From Bryobacteraceae bacterium (GTDB lineage Bacteria > Acidobacteriota > Terriglobia > Bryobacterales > Bryobacteraceae): a DNA stretch of 64,000 nt. The position numbers and the translations under genes are program-made. Position 1 is the first letter of the stretch. Each line of letters starts with the position of its first letter. The notes under the pieces were generated by a model. That model was not told the origin of the DNA, made no database searches, and saw only the letters and a program-made list of their open reading frames with translations. Positions 37,071-47,105 of this stretch are shown one piece after another. The DNA lies in the NCBI GenBank assembly GCA_049514955.1, contig JBEKUO010000001.1, forward strand, positions 11,642 to 75,641. The letters run 5' to 3'.

Positions 37071-37445
37071 ATGTTCCATCGTTCGCTTCCCAAAATCGCA
37101 GTAGCGTTGGCCGTGCTGCTGGCGCTGATCACTGTCGCCCCATCACCTATGAGCGCCCAGGGCAGCCGTTACTCCCTGACGTTCAACAACTATTCGGGTT
37201 TGCGAATCGACCGCATCTACATGTCGACCAGCGAATCCGGCCGTTGGGGCCCGGACCAGCTTCGCGAGAACCGTCTGTGGTCCGGTTCCTACTACACTCT
37301 CACCGGGATTACGCCGGGAGAATACGACGTCAAGTTCGTTGATGGACGGGGCTTTGCCTGCACCCTGTACGGGGTCAACGTGTTCCGCGATCTATCCTGG
37401 GACCTGACCCGGCAGTGGCTGCTGGGCTGCGAGTACCGGCGCTGA
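37071..37445 (+). CDS. small secreted hypothetical protein (124 aa)
   Basis: Strong Shine-Dalgarno AAGGAGAAGG before the ATG. Signal peptide MFHRSLPKIAVALAVLLALITVAPSPMSAQ. Divergent from the ECF sigma gene. Confidence 0.65.
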   Translation: MFHRSLPKIAVALAVLLALITVAPSPMSAQGSRYSLTFNNYSGLRIDRIYMSTSESGRWGPDQLRENRLWSGSYYTLTGITPGEYDVKFVDGRGFACTLYGVNVFRDLSWDLTRQWLLGCEYRR

Positions 37446-37497
37446 GCCATGCGGGCCGCCGCGCTGGGCGAGTTCTGCCAAGAACTCGCCCGGGGCC

Positions 37498-38985
37498 TCA
37501 TTCCCGCGCTAAAGATACCGCCGAGCCGGCTTCCGCGGTTGCAGACTCAGGGAATTTTTCGGCAAGGGTCTGGCGCAGGAGGTCCACGAACGGGGCGACC
37601 ATCATCGGCAGGACGGAAGATGCAAAGGGCCGGGACAGCACGGCGTAGTCCCGATTGGAAAGCGGTATGCGCAGCGTCCAGGCGGGAGTTTCGGGATCGT
37701 CGCCACAGTAATCGTAAATCTCGCCGCCCAGCGAGAGCCGCACCTGCTGGAATCCGAACCTGACGCCGGCGTCCCGGATCGCCTCCCAGCACTCGCCGGG
37801 AGTTCCAGCGGCCAGCAGCGCGGCGCGGAATTTTCGCAGGTCCAGTTGGGCGCTCACGGTCCGCTGGAACTCGCCGCTGAACAGCAGCCGGCCGGCCAAG
37901 TCGAACTCGGCGTAGCCCAGATATTGAATGCCCAGCAGCATGAAGACGCAAAACAGCAGGATGAGCGCCCCCGCGAAACTATGTACCACGCCTTGAAGAA
38001 GAGAAAACGCCGCCGCCAGTCCGCAGAGGCCGTAGAGCACCAGCACGACGCGGCGGGGCGTAAGCCCTCGGTCGAGCAGCCGGTGATGGATGTGGCCACG
38101 GTCCGCCGCAAAGAGCGGCTGACGCCCAAGAAAACGGCGCACAATGGCCAAGGCTACATCCAGCAGGGGAATGGAGAGAGCCATCAGCGGCGCGGTCATG
38201 CCGAGCACTGTGGCCGATTTATTGGTCCAGATGGCCGCATAGCAGCCTAGCAGGAAACCGATCAGCAGGCTGCCGGAATCCCCCAGGAAAATGGTTGCCG
38301 GGTTGAAGTTGTAGCACAGAAACGCGAGCAGGGCGCCCGCCAGCGGGAAGGTGGCCACCGCCAGCACCATGTTGTGCGACATCAGGGCAGCGGCGAAGAC
38401 AGTCAGGGTAGCGAAGAGCCCCACGCCCGCAGCCAAGCCGTCGAGTCCGTCCACCAGGTTGAAGGCGTTCATGCAGGCCAGCAACCAGATAATAGTCAGC
38501 GGCACATTCCACCAGGCGACCGTGTCCGCGCCGTGGATGGAGAGGATTCGGACGCCGCCCCAACAGGCCACGCTGGCGGCCGCGATCTGTCCGAGAAGTT
38601 TCTGCCAGGCCCGCAGGTTGAACAGGTCGTCCAGCAATCCAATCGCGAACGCTAGGGCGGCGCCCGGGAGCAATTTCCAGACGAGCGAGATCTGCTGGGC
38701 CAGCGGGCTGCCTTCTTCCGGGCGAACCAGTAAGTAGGCCACCAGGTAAGAAACGGCGATCGCCAGGCCGCCCACGCGCGGGATGGGATAACGGTGGACC
38801 TTACGCGTGGGATCGGGCTGGTCCACGACCCCGTAAGACCGGAAAACGTCCCGGCAAATCGGGGTCAGCACCAAAGAAATAATAAATGCTCTGAATCCCA
38901 ACCAGAGCAACGAATGCACCCAAAACCTCCAGCCACTCCTGATGGTGGCGCACGCCGCGCTACGTGTCAAGACACATGCTTTCAA
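37498..38985 (-). CDS. MraY/WecA-family phosphoglycosyl transferase with ~150-aa C-terminal cytoplasmic extension
   Basis: MNAFNLVDGLDGLAAG and IFLGDSGSLLIGF motifs. Polytopic. This is the second WecA-like gene in the window. Confidence 0.8.
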   Translation of the reverse strand: MKACVLTRSAACATIRSGWRFWVHSLLWLGFRAFIISLVLTPICRDVFRSYGVVDQPDPTRKVHRYPIPRVGGLAIAVSYLVAYLLVRPEEGSPLAQQISLVWKLLPGAALAFAIGLLDDLFNLRAWQKLLGQIAAASVACWGGVRILSIHGADTVAWWNVPLTIIWLLACMNAFNLVDGLDGLAAGVGLFATLTVFAAALMSHNMVLAVATFPLAGALLAFLCYNFNPATIFLGDSGSLLIGFLLGCYAAIWTNKSATVLGMTAPLMALSIPLLDVALAIVRRFLGRQPLFAADRGHIHHRLLDRGLTPRRVVLVLYGLCGLAAAFSLLQGVVHSFAGALILLFCVFMLLGIQYLGYAEFDLAGRLLFSGEFQRTVSAQLDLRKFRAALLAAGTPGECWEAIRDAGVRFGFQQVRLSLGGEIYDYCGDDPETPAWTLRIPLSNRDYAVLSRPFASSVLPMMVAPFVDLLRQTLAEKFPESATAEAGSAVSLARE

Positions 38986-39105
38986 TTATTTCCGGATTGT
39001 ACTGGTACCTTGGATAAATTCTTGTCTGTCGCAGGTCCGGCATGGCCGGACGGCAGACCGGCCACCTCCTGGCTTGACACCGCTGCTTGCGGCGCGTCAG
39101 AGTGA

Positions 39106-40536
39106 ATGTTTGCTCGTTGCTTGCCCAAGATCATGGTTCGATTACCGAAATCCCGGAGGCGCTCTTTGCTTTTTGTACGAACGACCCTGTTTTTAGGCTG
39201 CGCGCTGGCTCTCCTAGCGCAGTCCGACCAGGACGCGCAGCCCGCCCAGGACGCGCAAGCCCCGGATGCGCAGCCAGCGCCGGAGTATGGCGGACCCGCG
39301 ATTTTGAGCCGCGGTGAAACCCCTGCCATGCTGTCTCCGGCACCGATCGCCTTCCGGCCGTACATTGGCCTCAGCGCGATTTTCGACAACGGCATTGTGC
39401 CCGTCTCGGTCACTCCCACCGGCCAACTACCCAGCCCGGATGTGTATGGCGTGGCGTTGAACTTGGGCGCCTACACCTATCGCTCGTGGAAACACACCAC
39501 GCTGGGCGTGGATTACAGGGGCAATTTCCGGCACTACTCGCAACAAACTTACTACGACGGCACCGATCAGTTATTGGCGCTGATCTTGACGCATGCGCCC
39601 AGCAAGCGCATAACGTTCACCCTGCGAAACAGTGCCGGCACTTATTCCGAGAATTACGGTCTGCCCACCCCACCGGGCATTGTGGATACTAATTACCTGC
39701 AGCTTCCGCAAAACGACATATTCTATGGCCCGGTCATCTTTCTTAGCACGGCCGCCGATCTGACGTTCCACAAGTCTGCCCGGCTATCATTCGATATCGG
39801 CGGGGAAGGCGATCTGGTGCGGCGCCGATCGACTGCCCTTTACGGCAGTACGGAAGGCTCCGCACGCGCCGATATGCAATACCGGGTCACCCGGCACTCC
39901 ACGCTTGGAGTGGACTATCGTTTCACGTACTACTCGTACACCAAGGGTTTCGGCAACACGGATATCCACTCCGTGGGGCTTAATTACAGCACGCAGTTGA
40001 CACGGCATTTGCAACTGTCCGCGCGCATTGGCGGCGCGCGGGTGCAAAGCTTGAGCCTCGCGGAGGTACAAATCGACCCCGTAGTAGCGGCCCTGCTGGG
40101 CGAGTCGGTGGGTATACAAGTGGCCCATCAGATCAGCTATGTGCCCGACATTATGGCCCGGTTGACCGACACTTTTCGGCGGTCGACGTTTGACGCGAGT
40201 TATATCAATGGGATCAGTCCCGGCAATGGAGTTTACCTCGCCTCCCGAAGTCAGACGGAAACCGTTTCTTATACTTACACCGGTGTGCGGCACTGGAATT
40301 TTGGCGCAAACGCCGCTTATGCGCGTATGGACGCGCTGGTGCAGACGCTGAGTGCATATTCGAGTTATGGTGGAGGAATCGGGATTACCAGGGACTTGGG
40401 AAAGGGCCTCCACACGGTGCTGCGTCTCGATACCCGTCACTACGACATCCCCGGCAACCAGTTCCTGCGTACAGAATACCGAGCTACGCTTGGGTTGACC
40501 TTCAGCCCCGGAGACGTGCCCCTGGCGTTGTGGTAG
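39106..40536 (+). CDS. outer-membrane beta-barrel protein, possibly polysaccharide-locus associated
   Basis: Signal peptide (...LLFVRTTLFLGCALALLAQS; alternative start at 39133). Alternating Y/T/R-rich strands. C-terminus ...TEYRATLGLTFSPGDVPLALW. No specific family recognised with confidence. Confidence 0.55.
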   Translation: MFARCLPKIMVRLPKSRRRSLLFVRTTLFLGCALALLAQSDQDAQPAQDAQAPDAQPAPEYGGPAILSRGETPAMLSPAPIAFRPYIGLSAIFDNGIVPVSVTPTGQLPSPDVYGVALNLGAYTYRSWKHTTLGVDYRGNFRHYSQQTYYDGTDQLLALILTHAPSKRITFTLRNSAGTYSENYGLPTPPGIVDTNYLQLPQNDIFYGPVIFLSTAADLTFHKSARLSFDIGGEGDLVRRRSTALYGSTEGSARADMQYRVTRHSTLGVDYRFTYYSYTKGFGNTDIHSVGLNYSTQLTRHLQLSARIGGARVQSLSLAEVQIDPVVAALLGESVGIQVAHQISYVPDIMARLTDTFRRSTFDASYINGISPGNGVYLASRSQTETVSYTYTGVRHWNFGANAAYARMDALVQTLSAYSSYGGGIGITRDLGKGLHTVLRLDTRHYDIPGNQFLRTEYRATLGLTFSPGDVPLALW

Positions 40537-40610
40537 GGCGCGCACCACGACTTCTCGGCAGCAATTGTGAACGGGGCTTGCTTTCATTCGGTTGGTGCAG
40601 TCAAGGCGCG

Positions 40611-41711
40611 TCATCCGAGAAGGCCGGCGTAAATCTCGCCCATTCTGGCCGCGGACGCTTCGCGCGAAAACCGGCTCCGAATCGCACGCGCCGCTTGTAG
40701 TGCCAGCTTGCCGCGCAGGGCGCCTTCGCGGATCAACAGACGCAGGGTCTGGGCCAGCCCCGCCGTGTCGCGCGGTTGGAAGAGCATGCCGGTTTCGCCG
40801 TGCGCCACCAACTCCGGATTGCCGCCCACTCGCGAAGCCACCGCGCAACAACCGCAGGCCATAGCCTCCATCAGCGAATTTGAGAGCGCTTCGGAAAGCG
40901 ACGGCAGCACGAATATATCAATCGCCTGCAGCCAATCGGCGACGCGGGGCGAGGCCGGTTCAAAGAGGCAATCCGGCGGGATGCCCAGCGTCCGCGCGCG
41001 GTGCTGTAGATTGCCCAGACAAGGTCCGCTGCCCACCAGCACCAGCTTTACGCCGGGTTCGAGGCCGCGCATGGCGGCGAAGGCGTCCAGCAGCGTTTCA
41101 AGCCCTTTTTCAGGCCGTAGCGCGCAGACCACGCCCACCACTAGCGAGGCGTCCCGCAAGACCCGGGGCCTGGCGCCGCGCACCCGATGGAACACGCTGG
41201 TATCGATGCCGTTATAGCAGAGATGGATCAGCCCGGCCGGTGCTTTCTCCTCCTCAAGCATGTGGCGCCGCACGAACTCACAATTGACCACTATTGCGTC
41301 CACCAGGTGGTCGGTGACGCGCAACCCGTGCCGGTAGAGCGGCGGCATCAAAGCGCGGTCGGCCCGCTGGCTGGAGATTACCCGCGCGGTGCCCGCCATA
41401 CGGGCGGCTGGCACGCCATACAGATTCGCGGACGTGTCGAAAGTGTGGACCAGGCGGATGCCTTGTTCACGGATATAGGCCGCGATGCGCAGGGCGCCTT
41501 TGACGCTGGCGAGCGACGGGACGGGAAATTCGACGATGGGTACGCCGGCCGCCCGCAATTCCGCGCCTCGCAGGCCTGCCGCATGGAAGCAGCCGACCCG
41601 TACATCGAACTGAGAACGATCCAGCGACATAGCCATTTCCGCCAGTTGCCGCTCGCTGCCGCCGAGGTCGAGTGCGCGCACCATGAGCAGGACGGGGGTG
41701 GGGATGGGCAT
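40611..41711 (-). CDS. glycosyltransferase family 1 (GT4-type)
   Basis: LPSLSEALSNSLMEAMACGCCAVASRVGGNPELV GT-B motif. N-terminus VLLMVRALDLGGSERQ. Confidence 0.8.
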   Translation of the reverse strand: MPIPTPVLLMVRALDLGGSERQLAEMAMSLDRSQFDVRVGCFHAAGLRGAELRAAGVPIVEFPVPSLASVKGALRIAAYIREQGIRLVHTFDTSANLYGVPAARMAGTARVISSQRADRALMPPLYRHGLRVTDHLVDAIVVNCEFVRRHMLEEEKAPAGLIHLCYNGIDTSVFHRVRGARPRVLRDASLVVGVVCALRPEKGLETLLDAFAAMRGLEPGVKLVLVGSGPCLGNLQHRARTLGIPPDCLFEPASPRVADWLQAIDIFVLPSLSEALSNSLMEAMACGCCAVASRVGGNPELVAHGETGMLFQPRDTAGLAQTLRLLIREGALRGKLALQAARAIRSRFSREASAARMGEIYAGLLG

Positions 41712-41813
41712 GCTTCCTCAATGTAGCGCAGGAGAGCGGGCAAACTGATCCCTGGCCGCGCCGGTCCGCCTCCCATCGGATGCTACAGTAAGGGGCAGAG
41801 CGGTCTCCAATCC

Positions 41814-43742
41814 ATGTGCGGCATTGCCGGATTCTACTTGCGCGAAGGAAATGCAGAGCTCCCTGTCGTGCGCGCCATGTGCGACCAGATCCGCCATAGG
41901 GGACCCGACGACGAGGGCTATCATGTCGCGGGCGGCTGCGCGATCGGCGCGCGGCGCCTGGGTATTATCGATCTCAGTACAGGTCATCAGCCCATGGCCA
42001 ATGAGGACGAATCCGTCTGGGTGGCGTTCAACGGCGAGATTTATAACTATCGGGAATTGCGCCGCGACCTGCTTGCACGGGGACACCGTTTCTCTACGAA
42101 TAGCGATACCGAAACTCTTGTGCACCTCTATGAGGAAGACGGCGTAGAAGGTGTCGCGCGGTTGCGTGGGATGTTTGCCTATGCCATTTGGGATGCGCGC
42201 CATCGCCGCCTGTTTCTGGCTCGCGATCGTTTCGGCAAGAAGCCGCTGTATTATGCCGTGCTGCCGGAGGGATTGTACTTTGCAAGCGAGTTGAAATGCA
42301 TGCCGGTCGCGGGCGTGCCAGTCGAAATCGACACCGAGGCGCTACGGCTGTTCTTTCAATTTACGTACATTCCGGAGCCGTTTACGTGCTTTCAGGCGGT
42401 GCGCAAACTTCCCGCGGGCTCCTGGCTGATGTACGACCGGGACGGGAGAGTCCGCCAAGGACAGTACTGGCGGTTCCCTGAACCCGTGGCTGAGACGCCG
42501 GCGGACTTCTCGGAGGCCCAGGCTTGTACGCGGTTACGGAACAAGTTCGACGAAGCTGTGCGTATCCGCATGATCGCCGATGTTCCGCTGGGCGCTTTCT
42601 TGAGCGGCGGCATCGATTCCAGTTCGGTTGTCGCATCGATGGCACGGGCATCGCCGGAGCCGGTGCGCACGTTCTCCATTGGTTTCGAAGAGCGCGGCTT
42701 CAACGAGCTGTCGTATGCGGCGCTGGTGGCCCAAGAGTATCACACTGAGCATCACGAGATTATGGTCCGTCCTGACGCGGTCGACTTGGTTTCCCGCCTG
42801 CTGCGGCACTTCGACGAACCTTTCGGCGATCCTTCCGCCATCCCCATGTTTGTCGTTTCGGAATTTGCGTCCCAGCACGTGAAAGTAGCGCTGAGCGGAG
42901 ATGGCGGCGACGAGTTGTTCGCGGGCTACGACCGATTCCGAGCGCTGGCTAAGCTGCGCATGGCAGATCATGTGCCGAAGGCGATGCAGCGGTTCGTTTC
43001 CTGGGTTGCCGATTGCTTGCCGTATTCGGCTTACGGCAAAAATTACTTGCACGGGATGACCCGCCCAACCGCTATGGAACGTTATTTCGAGTGCAACTTT
43101 TCGCCCTGGCCTCTGCGAAAGGCGCTGTTTCAACCCGAGTGGATGCTACCCGCCGATAGTGTCTATCTAACGCATACATTGGCACACTTCCTGCTACCGG
43201 ACGATGCCGATCTTCTCTCGCAGGCGCTATACTTTGAAACCACGCAGAATCTGCCTGGAGATCTGCTGGTGAAGGTGGACCGGATGTCGATGGCGAACTC
43301 ACTCGAGGTGCGCTGTCCAATACTGGATCACGAGTTGGGCGAACTGGCCGCTTCTATCCCGCATGCGTGGAAAATCCGTAATGGGAAGGGCAAATACATC
43401 TTTTTACAGGCGCTTGGCGACCGCCTGCCACCGGCGCTCTTGAAGCGCCCCAAGATGGGATTCGGCGTGCCCCTGGCTGTCTGGTTTCGCGGGGACCTGC
43501 GCTCGTTTCTATGGGATCACCTTGGCAGCACCGCGTTCCAGCAGCGGGGTGTCGTGTCGCCCGGTTTCGTGCAACACATGCTCGACGAGCATGAATCCGC
43601 CCGGCGCGATAATTCATACTGGCTATGGTCGCTACTGGTGCTAGAGCTATGGTTCCGTGAATTCGAGCGGAAGCGACCAGCATCGCCGGATCGTTACGAT
43701 CAAACACACACGCCGGCCAAATCCATGTGGGGGCAATCGTAA
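41814..43742 (+). CDS. asnB: asparagine synthase (glutamine-hydrolysing) family amidotransferase, EPS-locus type
   Basis: MCGIAGFY N-terminal nucleophile, GPDDEG, FNGEIYNY, and the PP-loop FLSGGIDSS. Length is 642 aa. Confidence 0.9.
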   Translation: MCGIAGFYLREGNAELPVVRAMCDQIRHRGPDDEGYHVAGGCAIGARRLGIIDLSTGHQPMANEDESVWVAFNGEIYNYRELRRDLLARGHRFSTNSDTETLVHLYEEDGVEGVARLRGMFAYAIWDARHRRLFLARDRFGKKPLYYAVLPEGLYFASELKCMPVAGVPVEIDTEALRLFFQFTYIPEPFTCFQAVRKLPAGSWLMYDRDGRVRQGQYWRFPEPVAETPADFSEAQACTRLRNKFDEAVRIRMIADVPLGAFLSGGIDSSSVVASMARASPEPVRTFSIGFEERGFNELSYAALVAQEYHTEHHEIMVRPDAVDLVSRLLRHFDEPFGDPSAIPMFVVSEFASQHVKVALSGDGGDELFAGYDRFRALAKLRMADHVPKAMQRFVSWVADCLPYSAYGKNYLHGMTRPTAMERYFECNFSPWPLRKALFQPEWMLPADSVYLTHTLAHFLLPDDADLLSQALYFETTQNLPGDLLVKVDRMSMANSLEVRCPILDHELGELAASIPHAWKIRNGKGKYIFLQALGDRLPPALLKRPKMGFGVPLAVWFRGDLRSFLWDHLGSTAFQQRGVVSPGFVQHMLDEHESARRDNSYWLWSLLVLELWFREFERKRPASPDRYDQTHTPAKSMWGQS

Positions 43743-43944
43743 AACGTATGGCGGTTTTGCGTGCTTCGGCGTAAACCAGGGCGTCGTAGCGTGTGCTCAA
43801 GCGTAACCAGGAGGCCCAATCTATGTGCTTGACCGTAAGCAGCACGCTCTCGAACTGGTGCATTGCTTTGCCAAGCTACTGAAAATACAAGGTTTCTTTC
43901 GCTACGCTCAAACCCACTCCTGGATGAGGTTCATTTTGAACGGG

Positions 43945-44018
43945 TTACGGTCTTCTTATGGTCGGGCACACACTCTTTACGATCAAACCCATGGCGCTTA
44001 CGGTCAAACACACGGCAC
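43945..44018 (+). repeat. iteron-like direct repeats TTACG(G/A)TC(AAAC) upstream of the Rep gene
   Basis: TTACGGTC at 43945. TTACGATCAAACCCATGGCGC at 43977-43997 is immediately followed by TTACGGTCAAACACACGGCAC at 43998-44018, a 21-nt period. A further copy TTACGATCAAACACACA is at 43694-43710. TTATGGTC variants occur at about 43956 and 44108. Confidence 0.5.
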
Positions 44019-44293
44019 AAAAACGCTTGCTTTCACTGTAAGTGTTTGTAAAATAAAGTAGTTGTCCTCGCATCTCTATCTCGGCGACGCATGTATATGG
44101 AATGGTCTTATGGTTTGGTAACCCTAACGGAAGATAGCACTGGTGCGGTGTACAAGGCTGTTTGTGGATGGCTGGCGTGTGCTTACCAATAAAAATACCG
44201 CAAAGCCACGGGCTTCATCGTAAATCGCTAGAACAGAACATCGAAGAAATGTTAAAAAACAGATGATGCAGTCTGCGTTCTAAGGCATACAAC

Positions 44294-45889
44294 GTGAGCA
44301 AACATATCACCAAGCCTTCTCTGGTCAACCTGTCCGTTGAGGAAGAGAACCTCGCAGCCATTCCCTTTGCGGTGCTGGAGCGAAGGGTAGGCAAACGAGT
44401 TGGCAAGATCGAGATTAAAGGCACGAAGATCCTTCCTAACGGTGGGGAGATGGAGGTCGTCTGGCAGATACAGGGCAACAACGAATTGGGCCTGCCGACC
44501 GAGCAAGACCTTGATATCTTTGTTGCGCTGGGTGTGCTGACCTTCCGTAACAACTTTGCCAAGACGGTGACGTTCAGCGGGCGGGAGATAGCCCGAATGC
44601 TGAATATCAACTCCGTACACGGCAAGTTCTATCAGCGGCTGAAGCTGGCCATGGATCGTTTCATTCCGTTGCGTTTCCGGGCGCTTACCGCTACAGACCA
44701 GCAAGAAGAAGTCAAGTGGAGCAACGTATTTCAGGAAGCCAGTTTTTTGTTGGATCGCGAAAGCGGTCGCTGCACCGGCAGCGTTACCTGGACTGACAAA
44801 CTAATCCAATCTATCAACAACGGCTTCTTTCGAGTGCTGGACGCCGGCCGGTATATGGAGCTTGATGGAATTACGGCCAAGCACTTGTACCGCTTCTTTG
44901 CCGTGGCCTTTGAAAAGACCGACCTGATTGTGATGGACGCCCGCAAATTGGCGATGGAGCATGTAGGCATCCTGAACCCACCACACTATTTTTCACGGTT
45001 GATGCAGACTCTCGAACCGGCATTCGACCAGTTGGTCCGCATCCAGGTGTTGGGATCTTATAACGTAATTTCCGCAGAAGACTGGCGGATCGCGATGCAC
45101 AGGCACCCGTCTTACGTGCCTGAGCGTAAGAGCCTGATGCTGCAAAGTACAGTTGGTCCAGAGCTAAGCCGCGCCCACTGCCAGAGTATGTTGGAAAAAG
45201 CGGGTTTCGCGTACAAACCAGCCATGACTTGGAGCGAAGCAGCCCAGACGCCAGAAGAATTGTACGCGTTAGAACGCGCTGCATACCTTGTGCAGGCCAT
45301 GAAGCAAGACGGCGTGCTGCCGCATGTGGCTACCAGTTTTGTATCGCGTGCACTCGACTTGGGCGCGGCATCGGGCGAGGGCAGGGAAGCGCTCGACTGG
45401 TGCGAGATGGCAGTGGAGATCTGCAGACAAAAGAAGCACACCGGTCAGAACCTCAAAAACGCTGCCGGGCTGCTAGTCAAGATTATAAAAGATCCGGCCA
45501 CGCGCACCCGGTTGCTGGACGAACAGATGGAGTCCGCCGCTAAGGAGCGGTACCGGCAACGCGAGCGTACTATCCTGCGGCAAAATCAAGAAGCCGAAGA
45601 ACGCGCCGTCATACTGGAATACGAACAATTCCGGCACGCCACTGCACAGAGTCTTTTCGAGCAACTCAGCGAATCGGCAAAGCAGGTTCTTGGAAAAGAA
45701 AAAGCGGAACTGCTCCGGCGCGAAGGCCGGTTGGAGAGAATGGCGCCGGAAGTGCGCGACCGTGAAGTAACAGACCTGATTCTGCAGGATCTTGCGAAGA
45801 ACGAGGTGCCGCCTTACAGCAAATGGCTGTTGCGCAAGCGCGCCGGGCAGGCAGTACTACCGTTCGCTTCCGCGGAAAGCCTCGCCTGA
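44294..45889 (+). CDS. replication initiator protein A (RPA/pfam10134-like) family protein
   Basis: N-terminus ENLAAIPFAVLERR...VVWQIQGNNELGLPTEQDLDIFVALGVLTF follows the RPA-family pattern (PFFsL.kr...GlaT..D.DIL). GTG start. The gene is visibly more AT-rich than its neighbours. Confidence 0.6.
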   Translation: MSKHITKPSLVNLSVEEENLAAIPFAVLERRVGKRVGKIEIKGTKILPNGGEMEVVWQIQGNNELGLPTEQDLDIFVALGVLTFRNNFAKTVTFSGREIARMLNINSVHGKFYQRLKLAMDRFIPLRFRALTATDQQEEVKWSNVFQEASFLLDRESGRCTGSVTWTDKLIQSINNGFFRVLDAGRYMELDGITAKHLYRFFAVAFEKTDLIVMDARKLAMEHVGILNPPHYFSRLMQTLEPAFDQLVRIQVLGSYNVISAEDWRIAMHRHPSYVPERKSLMLQSTVGPELSRAHCQSMLEKAGFAYKPAMTWSEAAQTPEELYALERAAYLVQAMKQDGVLPHVATSFVSRALDLGAASGEGREALDWCEMAVEICRQKKHTGQNLKNAAGLLVKIIKDPATRTRLLDEQMESAAKERYRQRERTILRQNQEAEERAVILEYEQFRHATAQSLFEQLSESAKQVLGKEKAELLRREGRLERMAPEVRDREVTDLILQDLAKNEVPPYSKWLLRKRAGQAVLPFASAESLA

Positions 45890-45968
45890 TAGGCCGCGCA
45901 CTCCAATCCCAGCGAGGCACGTAGGTTGGCCAGGAACTACGGTCGCACAAGGATTTGCCCCCTTTCAG

Positions 45969-47105
45969 CTATTGACCAGCGCGAGTTTCCTTCCACAATT
46001 TACGCGCCGGGACAAAGAAGATGGCAACCGCGCACAGCGCGGCGGCCATCAGCACGACGAAGGTGCGGGCCAGCGAGGAAATTCGCTTTATGGGCCAACT
46101 CCTGGGGATGCGCGAGTCAAGCGCCGCCAAAAGGTAGAAAGCCGCCTGCGCAGTGACGGCTACGGCCCGCCATGCACCCGGCAGCCCAAAACTCGAGCCG
46201 GCCATCAGCAGAAGAGCAAATGGCACCAGCAAACGCCCGAGTTTGTGCGACACAAAGTGAAGCCACATGCGGTTGCCCGGCCCGATGAGCGCCGGAAAAA
46301 TACCGATCAGTTGGTAGATCCCAGCCAGCGTCCGCACTTTCCGGCGAAACTCCGCATCCAGCGTGGTGGGGTATTCGTAGGCGATGGCGCCCGTGTCGAA
46401 AACGAAACGGTAGCCCCGGAAGAAACCGCAAAGCGGAAGATAGGAATCGTCCAGCAGCGTATCCGGCGGGATGGGCGAAGCCAGCTCGCGGCGCATGGCG
46501 TAAATGCAGCCGGTACCCGCCTGTATCGAGTGGATGCGGGTGTGGTTGAGCCGGATCCATTTCTCGTAACGCCAATAGAGACCCATGTGGGCTTGTTGTT
46601 GCTCTTCCTTAGCGCCGAGAAAATATAAATGGCCGCAGGCTGCGCCGACCGAGGGATCACCAAGGCAAGATACCAGACTCTTCAGACACCCGGCATCGAG
46701 CGGTTGGCGTACATCGGTGAAGAACAGAATTTCGCCGTCCGCGGCGCGCAGGCCGGCGTTTAGAGCGGCGGCTTTTCCGCCGCGCGGAACTCGGAGCAGT
46801 TCGACGCCGTCGCGCCCGAATCCGCGCACGATCTCGTCGGTCCCGTCGCTGGATCCGTCTGAGATCACGATAACGCGCAGTAACTCCCGCGGGTAGTCGA
46901 GGCGGAGGATGGACAGGAGCTTGTCACGTATCCAGTTCTCTCCGTTGTACACAGCCAGAAGGAGGTTTACGGTTTTCGGTTCGAAATGTCTATCGATTTT
47001 ACGATCACGGCGCGCAAGCACCGCCAGCAGCAGCGGATAGCCGAGCAGGATATAGACCGTGAAGCTCAGCGAGACCAGAAATACGAGCGCAGAGCCGCTA
47101 GGCAT
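45969..47105 (-). CDS. membrane-anchored glycosyltransferase family 2 (synthase-like)
   Basis: N-terminal TM segment, then LLAVYNGENWIRDKLLSILRLDYPRELLRVIVISDGSSDGTDEIV, FTDVRQ, GTGCIYAMRRE and EFRRKVRTLAG (QxxRW-like), followed by C-terminal TM segments. Confidence 0.8.
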   Translation of the reverse strand: MPSGSALVFLVSLSFTVYILLGYPLLLAVLARRDRKIDRHFEPKTVNLLLAVYNGENWIRDKLLSILRLDYPRELLRVIVISDGSSDGTDEIVRGFGRDGVELLRVPRGGKAAALNAGLRAADGEILFFTDVRQPLDAGCLKSLVSCLGDPSVGAACGHLYFLGAKEEQQQAHMGLYWRYEKWIRLNHTRIHSIQAGTGCIYAMRRELASPIPPDTLLDDSYLPLCGFFRGYRFVFDTGAIAYEYPTTLDAEFRRKVRTLAGIYQLIGIFPALIGPGNRMWLHFVSHKLGRLLVPFALLLMAGSSFGLPGAWRAVAVTAQAAFYLLAALDSRIPRSWPIKRISSLARTFVVLMAAALCAVAIFFVPARKLWKETRAGQ

